Sequence record: ON637170.1
Source of the DNA: Klebsiella phage vB_KpnS_Uniso31
Length of the DNA stretch: 32,000 nt
Strand: one strand, 5' to 3'
The notes beneath the pieces are model-generated. The model searched no databases and was not told the origin of the DNA. It saw nothing but the letters and a program-made list of their open reading frames with translations. Made by a program: the position numbers and the translations under genes. Position 1 is the stretch's first letter, and every line of letters starts with the position of its first letter. Positions 24,559-32,000 of the stretch are shown here, piece after piece.

Positions 24559-27500
24559 ATGATTTCAAACATAGCACCAGCTAAAATGGTACTGCAGAAT
24601 ATCGTGACCGGCTATACGATTGCGAGTATTCAGCACTCAATCTTTTCCGATTACGACGTAATTGGTAGAACTTTCTGGCTAACTACGGGTGGGGTAACTA
24701 CCCGTAGGGACTTTACCGGCGTTGATACATTCATTGCCACAATTAACAATCTAATCGCTGGCGCTACCTACTCTGCCCAGGGTGCTTTCTACGACTCGAT
24801 GGTTGATGCAGAGCTGATGGCTGCTAAAGTAGGTATGAACCTCTCTAGCACCGTTAACTTCAAGATGAAAACTGCTCCGAAGATCACCAAAGTGTCCTCT
24901 TTCGCAGAATCTGTTGACGTGGGTGTGGGCGCTCCTATGGTTGTCGTAGAGCTTTCTGGTGAGGCCGAATACGTTACCATCGAAATGAAACCTGAGGGCT
25001 CTAGCACCTGGACTAAGTACTACCGTGGTCCAATCACTGAGCAGATCATCTTTGGTGGTGTTCCGGTTGGCAGATACAATATTCGGGTATCTGGTGTTGT
25101 TACTATGCCGGACGGTGTTACTGTGGACGTTTCCGGATATGATACCTGGCCGTCACTGTTTAACCTGACCTACAATTTCACTCCTCCGTCAGCCCCAACT
25201 AATCTGCGTTTCAAAACTGCCCACATCCAAGATGGTATGGAGCGTTTTGACGTTCGTCTGGAATGGGATTGGACTCGTGGTGCGGGTGCTAACGTCCGTG
25301 AATTCATCATCCAATATATAAGTAACGATGAGTTTGCAAAAACCGGATGGACTAAGGCCAACAAGCTAAACGTGGGTGCAGCTAAAGCTGGTACTATCAC
25401 TAGCTTCCCTTACAAAATCCGCCACCGCTTCCGTGTACTATCAGTTGCTTGGGGCCCAGATACTCAGTCTATAACTAACTCTAACGAGGTTACTTATATT
25501 ATAGACGAGAGCACCACTTTCGACAATGCATTCATTAACGAGACCGGTGTAGAGATGACCTACGCAGGTATCAAGGGTAAACTCTGGAACTCTAACACCA
25601 AACAGTGGGAGCAGACTTTCTTAGTAGATGCTGCTACTGGTGCAGTAGTTCTTGGTACACTAGATGAAAATGGTAAAGCGCCGATTTCATTCGACCCTGT
25701 TAATAAGATTGTAAACGTCGATGGTAAAGTTATTACTAAAGACATTAATGCTGCTAACGTAATTCTTACTAACCTGACCGGTAAAGATAACCCGGCAATC
25801 TTCACTCAGGGTAAGAAGTATGGTAACAATGCAGGTGGTGTCTGGATGGGTGTTGACAACGTTGACGGTAAGGCCAAATTTGACCTCGGTAATAACACTC
25901 AGTATGTGCGCTGGGACGGTGATACTCTTCGCATTTCTGGTAACGTTGTAATAGGTACTCCTGGAGGTGATGTAGACCTTGAAACCGGTATGCAGGGTAA
26001 GCAGACTGTATTTGCTTATAAACTTGGTACATCTCTGCCAAGTCGCCCGCTTGACCAAGTTTATCCACCAGCTGGATGGTCCGCATTCCCGCCTAACCGC
26101 ACTGCTCAGAATCAGAACGTGTACGTTGTGCAGGGTACTCTGGATCCCAAGAAGAGTCCTCCTGCTCTAGTAGACGGTACCAACTACTCAGCTGCATCCC
26201 AGTGGTCTGGTGTCCCAGGTACTGGTGGTACTGATGGTTCTAACGGTGATTACACTGTTCAGATTTACCAGATCAGTGCTAGTAAGCCTACGAAACCAGG
26301 CAATATCAATGATCCTAGTGGTTGGAGCCGTACCCCACCGACTGGAACCCCTCTTTGGATGTGTTCTGGTAGATTCAATGGCGATACTAACGCTCTAACT
26401 GTTGAGGGTTGGTCAGACCCGATCCGAGTAGACGGCGAGAAAGGGGCTACTGGTGCTACTGGTCCTCAAGGTCCACAAGGTCCGGCAGGTGGTTCAGTAG
26501 AAGTACAGTGGTCTAAAGATGGTACTACTAACTGGCATGCAAACTTTACTACTGGTGATATCTTCATGCGTCAGCGTGTTGGTACCGGTGGCTGGAGTTC
26601 AGCGATCCGTGCAGTCGGGAAAGATGGTACTAACGGTACTCCGGGGTCTAAAGGTAACTACATTGGGATGCGTTTCCGTGTGGCAGCTGAAAAACCTGGT
26701 ACTCCTACGGGACAGGCTCCTTCAGGTTGGGCAGATGCACCTCCTCAGGGAAACCCGTTGTGGATGGTTAAAGCCGAGTTTAATGGACAGACTAACGCTC
26801 TAGTCGGTACGTGGTCAGAACCAGTTCGTATTGACGGTGAAGGTATTGGGGTAAACCTGTATCCGGTTAAGAAAACACTGAATCAGTGGACCGGAATGAG
26901 CAATGGTACCATGGTTAAGAATCCTGATACTCTCAGCTTTACTATAACCAACACAGAAAGTACCACCTCTTCTACAGGACCGGGTGCACACCCTGTTCCG
27001 TTCCAAGGTTCGCAGGGGCCGATAGTTGAGATTCCTGTAAAACCAAACACGTCGTACATCTTCACTTATGAGGTTAGTACTGACAGCGCTAGTTTCGCTC
27101 TGAGAGACCTGTTACTAGAGTTCTCTAGCATTACTGGAAGCTTTACTAACTTCCAGGAGTTACTGACTGGAGCCAAAGGTAAGCAGGAAGCTAAGATTGT
27201 CACTCGTGCTGATACTAAGTTCTTGAGCTTCCGTCCTGGTGTTCGTACTGCCGGAGCAACGGTTACATACTCCAACCTAAAACTTGAAGAAGGCATTAAA
27301 GCTACCGCTTATAGCGTAGAAGCTTCCGACAGTATCGGTGAAAAGGGGGATCAAGGTACTCAGGGTCCGCAAGGTCCTCAGGGTAATCAGGGTCCACAGG
27401 GTAATCAGGGTCCACAGGGTGCTAAAGGTGATAATGCAAAAGGGTTCAGTATTTCATCTCTTGGCCAGACGTTTACTTACGACGCAGAAGGTAAACTGAA

Positions 27501-30500
27501 GTCTGATGCAACCATCCTGTTCCAAGCTTTCCGTCAGAACACTACGGCTAACGTAACATGGAGTGCTAAAGACGAGAAGGGCGGTAATATTACCCTGACC
27601 AGCGTTAGCAATTCAGGAGCTTCTCTTACTGCTGCCAACTTCAAAACATCGAAGTCTGTAGTAGTCACAGCCGTTTGTGATGGTATCACCGATCAGATCA
27701 CTATTGTGCGTCTAGACGATGGTTCCAACGCTCTCGTAGGGCTTCTGACTAATGAAGGCTCCACAGTTCTAGCGAACTACGCCGGTTACGTGCAAAACTA
27801 CAGTACTGGTTCTGGTGACTTCAAAGTATTCTATGGGGCGAAGGATATCACCTCAGAATGCACCTTCAGTACTATGGAGAAGAATAACCTTGATGCTGAT
27901 ATTACTTCAGCGGGCAAATATACTTTAAAAGGTATGCCGGCTGGTACTGATGTTATCAACGGTTGGGTCGACTTACGTGCTGTACACCCTACTTACGGTG
28001 CCGTGGTCCGCAGAGTGGCAACTACTAAATCTATCCTTGCAAAAGGTTATGATCGCGTTATTACCACTTCATTCGAGAACGGAAATAAGGGTACCTGGTC
28101 GACTGGTAGTGTCCAAGGGGTTTCTGGTGCCACAATTGTAGCCGCAGGTTTCAGCAAGGCCCTAGTGATCTCTGCTAGAGACTGTATAGAAGATGCTAAC
28201 GCATTTCCTGTAGTAGCTGGTCAGAAATATAGACTGGGCATGTGGATAATGGCTAGTGAGTCTAAAGTCAATATCAACATGGGAATGCGAATTGTAAGGG
28301 CGGCCGACGGAGCTGTTGACTGGCAAGGAACTCTTATGATTGCACAGGGTACACCGGTACCTGGTGGCTGGTCTTATATAGAAAAAGAGTTTACTGTTGG
28401 AAGTTCTAATACCGGTATAGCGATGCCATGGATTCAGATGGCAGGGTCTTCTGGTAGTGACCTAGGTAAAGCCTATATTACCGATATTCACATTTTTGCT
28501 CTGGAAATGGATGGTGAGAAAGGTGATACTGGTGCTACCGGTGCAACAGGTTCTCAGGGTCCACAAGGTCCACAGGGTAACAAAGGGGATAAAGGTGATA
28601 CTGGTGCTACTGGTGCTCAAGGTCCTGCTGGTAATTCTGTAAACGTCCAGTGGTCTAAGGATGGGTCTACTAACTGGCACGCTGGTTTCCAAACTGGTGA
28701 CATTTTTATGCGTCAGCAGGTTAATGGGGTCTGGGGTGGTGCTATCCGTGCAGTTGGCGAAGACGGTAAAAATGGTGCTGACGGTACTGACGGTGACTAC
28801 ATTTCGATGAAGTTTATCGTTCAAGATACTAAACCTGGCACACCTACGGGTAACAACCCAGGTAGCTGGAGTGATGCTCCCCCGGTCGGTAGCCCTTTAT
28901 GGATGACTAAGGGTACAATGAATGCTAGCGGTCAGCTGCAAGGTACCTGGTCTAACCCAGTCCGTCTGGACGGGACTATCAACCCTAACCTGTTCGCAGT
29001 TCGTAAGTGGATGGCAGGGATGACTGGTACGGAATCCGGCACATCGAAGAACGATATTGAGAAGCTAACGCATACCTTGACTCGTACTTCCGGAACTAAT
29101 AATACGGCTCCAGGGTGCTATGCAACTCCGTATCTCGGTAGTGGGGCGTTTTCCCATCCAGTGACTCCAGGTAAACGCTACACTCTAACCTACAATATCG
29201 ACGCGGCTAGCGAGGTCCAGACCCGAGATATTATATTCTGGCAGGCTAATCCAGACTCAGGACAATCTACCTACATAGAGGAACTGAATACCGGGACGTC
29301 CATAAAAGTTAAGCGTACTTTTGTAGTTCCTGCAGGTATGAACTACTTAATCCTACGCCCTTCTGCCCTTACCCTTAACGTAGCGACTACGTGGAGCATG
29401 ATCAAACTGGAAGAGGGAGGTGAGAAGACAGAGTATCAGGTGGAATACTCTGATAGCATTGGTATAGTAGGTAAGTCGGTTCTAGTTCAGTGGTCTAAGG
29501 ATAGCTCTTCTAGTAACTGGCATGATACCTTCCAAACAGGTGACTTGTTCATGCGCCAGAACGTTGACGGTGTTTGGGGCCCTGCCATCCGTGCTATCGG
29601 TGAGAAAGGTGAAATCGGGCCTGACGGTAAGAAAGGTAACTACACCAATATCATCTTCCGTATCGCAGAAACTAAGCCCGCTAAACCCACAGGTAATAAA
29701 CCTACGGACTGGTTTGATGCTCCACCTGATGGTTCTCCTCTTTGGATGGCAACAGCAACGTTTAATGGGGATACTAACGCTATAATTGGTGCTTGGTCTG
29801 ACCCTGTACGAATCGATGCTTCCGGGGTAGGTGAAAACTTCTTAGCGTTCAAAGAGTGGATGATGTCTATTCAGAGGGCTGAGGGGACTGGCTCTTCGGT
29901 TAGCAAGAATCCGGACCAGATGAGATTCCGGGTAACAGCTGGGCCATCCAGAAATGACGCGTACACTACCCCTTACCAAGGAACCGGCACACACTTTATA
30001 GAAGTGTCGCCTAATACTGTGTATACTTTATCATTTGAAATGGAAACTGCTGTGTCCACTAGAATGATGCTGTTGCAGTTTGATAATGGTAATGGGGGCA
30101 CGCACGCACGTAACAACCAGGTTATATCAACCAGTACTGGTAGGAACAGTCTGACTATTACTACGGGTGCTAACACCACCCATCTGTCTATGCGTATGTC
30201 AATCTCTAACATGGGAGAGACTAACGTACTGATGAAACCTAAGCTGGAACTCGGGGCATTCCCTACGGCATACGTGGCGCATCCTAGTGATCTACTTGGT
30301 AAAGACGGTGCTACCGGGGCTACTGGTCCACAAGGTCCGCAGGGTAACACTGGTGCTACAGGCTCTCAGGGTCCTCAAGGTAACAAAGGGGATACTGGTG
30401 CTACTGGTCCTCAGGGTCCTCAGGGTCCTAAAGGTAACGCGGGGGAGAACGCTAAAGGATTCGCACTAACGTCAGACTATCAGTCATTCGTGTATGATAC

Positions 30501-32000
30501 TGTGGGTGACATTAAATCTGCCACTACTATTCTGTTCAAAGGACTAAAGCAGAATACCACTGCAGGGATCACGTGGAGTGCTGTGAATGACAAGGGTACC
30601 GCTGTAACCTTAATGAACTCTGGAGATAATCGCCAGCTAACTGCTGCAAACTTCGGTGCTTCTAAGTGGGTTACCGTAACTGCAACATGTGACGGGCTGT
30701 CTGACCAGATCACTGTGGTTAGGCTACAAGATGGTGAGAACGTGCTGACCGCGGTTCTAACGAATGAAGCGGCCACTATCCTCAGTAACTACTCCGGGTA
30801 TTGCCAGAGTTACGAAAACGCCAAAGGTCAGATGAGAGTTTGGTACGGAAGCACCGATGTTACTGGTCAGTGCACTTTCTCTGAGGGCGGAAGAAGTAAT
30901 GTAACTCCTAGCATCAACTCTGCAAACGGTAACTACTCCGTTGCTAGTATGCTTGAGGGAACGGATATTACTGAAGGTTGGGTGGATGTTAAGGCTACTC
31001 ACCCTAAATACGGAGCGATTACTAAGCGCTTCGCAGTAACTAAAGTGTTCCTGGCCAAAAGTTACGAGATGGTTATCACTAACACCTTCGAGAACGGCAA
31101 TAAAGGTTCATGGCCGGGGTCTTTACAGGATGTTTCAGGACCAACTAACCAAGGTATTTCTAAGGCACTGCGTATCTCGTCCAGGGATAACCTTGAGGGT
31201 AGGAACACCATTCCAGTAGTAGGCGGGCAGAAAGTCCGTATCCGGTTCTGGTACAACCCAATAGGATTGGAGGAAGCCTACTTCAGGGTAGGATTTATCG
31301 TTCATCGTAAGGATGGTAACAGAGGGTATCCTTCAAGAACCGTACTTAAGGGTCCGTCACCCAATAGTTCCTGGGCCTATTTCGATCAGGAGTTAACTCT
31401 AGGCTCTACCGATGAGGGGATTGCCTGGCCGTGGTTCCAGTTAGACAACATAACAACTGGAGCTTCACTAGGCTATATGCTTGTTGCCAATGTCCACTTC
31501 GAAGACTTGTCTATGGATGGAGCGGATGGTGCTACAGGAGCTACAGGTCCACAAGGTCCTCAGGGTAACAAAGGGGATACCGGTCCTCAGGGTAACAAAG
31601 GGGATACCGGTCCACAAGGTCCGCAGGGTCCTGCAGGAGCTTCAGTTGGTGTTCAGTGGTCTAAGACTGGTAATGCTAACGACTGGCACACAAATTACGC
31701 TACTGGCGACATTTATATGCGTCAGCAAGTTAACGGTGTGTGGTCTTCGGCAATCCGTGCAGTTGGTGAGGATGGACGGGTAGGTGCTGATGGTAAATAC
31801 ACCTCTCTGAGATTCCAGGTGGCTGCTACTAAACCGGCTAGACCTACTGGTAATTCCCCGGCTAACTGGTCTGATGCGCCGCCTGACGGCTCTCCACTAT
31901 GGATGGTTAAGGGTGAGTTCAACTCTAGTAACCAACTCCAAGGAACCTGGTCAGACCCTGTTCGTTTAGACGGCGAGACGGTTAACCTTAACCTATTCTC
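24559..32000 (+). CDS. Giant modular tail fibre / tip spike protein (pb4-like N-terminus fused to collagen-like and binding-module array), 3' end beyond window
   Basis: Frame 1 read codon by codon from ATG 24559 to 32000 without a stop (>=2480 codons); absent from the ORF track because it is not closed in the window. N-terminal FnIII-like region, then repeated fibre modules and five collagen-like GXY tracts. Confidence 0.93.
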   Translation, partial: MISNIAPAKMVLQNIVTGYTIASIQHSIFSDYDVIGRTFWLTTGGVTTRRDFTGVDTFIATINNLIAGATYSAQGAFYDSMVDAELMAAKVGMNLSSTVNFKMKTAPKITKVSSFAESVDVGVGAPMVVVELSGEAEYVTIEMKPEGSSTWTKYYRGPITEQIIFGGVPVGRYNIRVSGVVTMPDGVTVDVSGYDTWPSLFNLTYNFTPPSAPTNLRFKTAHIQDGMERFDVRLEWDWTRGAGANVREFIIQYISNDEFAKTGWTKANKLNVGAAKAGTITSFPYKIRHRFRVLSVAWGPDTQSITNSNEVTYIIDESTTFDNAFINETGVEMTYAGIKGKLWNSNTKQWEQTFLVDAATGAVVLGTLDENGKAPISFDPVNKIVNVDGKVITKDINAANVILTNLTGKDNPAIFTQGKKYGNNAGGVWMGVDNVDGKAKFDLGNNTQYVRWDGDTLRISGNVVIGTPGGDVDLETGMQGKQTVFAYKLGTSLPSRPLDQVYPPAGWSAFPPNRTAQNQNVYVVQGTLDPKKSPPALVDGTNYSAASQWSGVPGTGGTDGSNGDYTVQIYQISASKPTKPGNINDPSGWSRTPPTGTPLWMCSGRFNGDTNALTVEGWSDPIRVDGEKGATGATGPQGPQGPAGGSVEVQWSKDGTTNWHANFTTGDIFMRQRVGTGGWSSAIRAVGKDGTNGTPGSKGNYIGMRFRVAAEKPGTPTGQAPSGWADAPPQGNPLWMVKAEFNGQTNALVGTWSEPVRIDGEGIGVNLYPVKKTLNQWTGMSNGTMVKNPDTLSFTITNTESTTSSTGPGAHPVPFQGSQGPIVEIPVKPNTSYIFTYEVSTDSASFALRDLLLEFSSITGSFTNFQELLTGAKGKQEAKIVTRADTKFLSFRPGVRTAGATVTYSNLKLEEGIKATAYSVEASDSIGEKGDQGTQGPQGPQGNQGPQGNQGPQGAKGDNAKGFSISSLGQTFTYDAEGKLKSDATILFQAFRQNTTANVTWSAKDEKGGNITLTSVSNSGASLTAANFKTSKSVVVTAVCDGITDQITIVRLDDGSNALVGLLTNEGSTVLANYAGYVQNYSTGSGDFKVFYGAKDITSECTFSTMEKNNLDADITSAGKYTLKGMPAGTDVINGWVDLRAVHPTYGAVVRRVATTKSILAKGYDRVITTSFENGNKGTWSTGSVQGVSGATIVAAGFSKALVISARDCIEDANAFPVVAGQKYRLGMWIMASESKVNINMGMRIVRAADGAVDWQGTLMIAQGTPVPGGWSYIEKEFTVGSSNTGIAMPWIQMAGSSGSDLGKAYITDIHIFALEMDGEKGDTGATGATGSQGPQGPQGNKGDKGDTGATGAQGPAGNSVNVQWSKDGSTNWHAGFQTGDIFMRQQVNGVWGGAIRAVGEDGKNGADGTDGDYISMKFIVQDTKPGTPTGNNPGSWSDAPPVGSPLWMTKGTMNASGQLQGTWSNPVRLDGTINPNLFAVRKWMAGMTGTESGTSKNDIEKLTHTLTRTSGTNNTAPGCYATPYLGSGAFSHPVTPGKRYTLTYNIDAASEVQTRDIIFWQANPDSGQSTYIEELNTGTSIKVKRTFVVPAGMNYLILRPSALTLNVATTWSMIKLEEGGEKTEYQVEYSDSIGIVGKSVLVQWSKDSSSSNWHDTFQTGDLFMRQNVDGVWGPAIRAIGEKGEIGPDGKKGNYTNIIFRIAETKPAKPTGNKPTDWFDAPPDGSPLWMATATFNGDTNAIIGAWSDPVRIDASGVGENFLAFKEWMMSIQRAEGTGSSVSKNPDQMRFRVTAGPSRNDAYTTPYQGTGTHFIEVSPNTVYTLSFEMETAVSTRMMLLQFDNGNGGTHARNNQVISTSTGRNSLTITTGANTTHLSMRMSISNMGETNVLMKPKLELGAFPTAYVAHPSDLLGKDGATGATGPQGPQGNTGATGSQGPQGNKGDTGATGPQGPQGPKGNAGENAKGFALTSDYQSFVYDTVGDIKSATTILFKGLKQNTTAGITWSAVNDKGTAVTLMNSGDNRQLTAANFGASKWVTVTATCDGLSDQITVVRLQDGENVLTAVLTNEAATILSNYSGYCQSYENAKGQMRVWYGSTDVTGQCTFSEGGRSNVTPSINSANGNYSVASMLEGTDITEGWVDVKATHPKYGAITKRFAVTKVFLAKSYEMVITNTFENGNKGSWPGSLQDVSGPTNQGISKALRISSRDNLEGRNTIPVVGGQKVRIRFWYNPIGLEEAYFRVGFIVHRKDGNRGYPSRTVLKGPSPNSSWAYFDQELTLGSTDEGIAWPWFQLDNITTGASLGYMLVANVHFEDLSMDGADGATGATGPQGPQGNKGDTGPQGNKGDTGPQGPQGPAGASVGVQWSKTGNANDWHTNYATGDIYMRQQVNGVWSSAIRAVGEDGRVGADGKYTSLRFQVAATKPARPTGNSPANWSDAPPDGSPLWMVKGEFNSSNQLQGTWSDPVRLDGETVNLNLF
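26434..26490 (+). repeat. Collagen-like GXY tract 1 (GEKGATGATGPQGPQGPAG)
   Basis: Direct translation in frame of 24559. Confidence 0.95.
27337..27435 (+). repeat. Collagen-like GXY tract 2 (GEKGDQGTQGPQGPQGNQGPQGNQGPQGAKGDN), contains 18-nt exact tandem duplication 27379-27414
   Basis: Direct translation; cagggtaatcagggtcca repeated twice exactly, followed by a further cagggt. Confidence 0.95.
28513..28638 (+). repeat. Collagen-like GXY tract 3 (GEKGDTGATGATGSQGPQGPQGNKGDKGDTGATGAQGPAGNS)
   Basis: Direct translation. Confidence 0.95.
30298..30450 (+). repeat. Collagen-like GXY tract 4 (GKDGATGATGPQGPQGNTGATGSQGPQGNKGDTGATGPQGPQGPKGNAGEN)
   Basis: Direct translation. Confidence 0.95.
31519..31644 (+). 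repeat. Collagen-like GXY tract 5 with exact 27-nt tandem duplication at 31558-31611
   Basis: cctcagggtaacaaaggggataccggt occurs twice in tandem (31558-31584, 31585-31611). Confidence 0.95.

Noticed and set aside
26434-31644. Collagen DNA as a possible CRISPR-like or non-coding repeat array
   Set aside because: Repeats are fully explained by in-frame Gly-X-Y codons with no regular unique spacers.
26210-31922. Small plus- and minus-strand ORFs listed inside the fibre region (e.g. 26519..26803, 28462..28824, 29522..29785, 29973..30350, 31481..31783)
   Set aside because: Out-of-frame shadows of the single long open frame beginning at 24559; repeated collagen DNA creates similar-looking open stretches in other frames.
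1-32000. Search for tRNA genes, integrase/att, toxin-antitoxin, retron, transposon or defence systems
   Set aside because: No recognisable signatures were seen by eye; apart from the first 2.5 kb, the window is accounted for by structural and packaging genes.

Overview
The window is the late structural region of a T5-like (Demerecviridae-type) siphophage. This rests on gene order, protein sizes and recognisable sequence; no database search was run. From left to right it holds: the 3' end of a metallophosphoesterase-like gene; a 150-aa unknown ORF; a HAD-like phosphatase; two small minus-strand membrane proteins; a divergent promoter region; and a pb5/Oad-like receptor-binding protein. These are followed by terminase small and large subunits, an HNH protein, portal, an Ig-domain head decoration protein, prohead protease, major capsid protein, head completion/neck proteins, tail terminator, tail tube, baseplate tube protein and two overlapping tail chaperone ORFs. 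The window then continues with a ~1692-aa tape measure, a distal tail protein (204 aa, pb9-like), a pb3-like baseplate hub (948 aa), and a giant modular fibre ORF that starts at 24559 and is still open at position 32000 (>=2480 codons). The supplied ORF track omits this giant ORF. Most notable observations: (1) the giant fibre, a higher-order mosaic of VQWSKDG / GNY..PTG..PLWM / lectin-like / collagen GXY / Ig-like modules; (2) a four-times repeated promoter architecture, TTTAWAAAATY-N3-TTKAMW-N17-TATAAT with an 11-nt A/T element in fixed register; (3) apparent redistribution of Ig-like domains (two on the head decoration protein, none evident on the tail tube); (4) a two-gene minus-strand membrane-protein locus next to the receptor-binding gene, where T5 carries its lipoprotein llp; (5) an overlapping +1/-2-frame chaperone pair without an obvious second start. 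No CRISPR, tRNA, mobile element or convincing defence island was seen.
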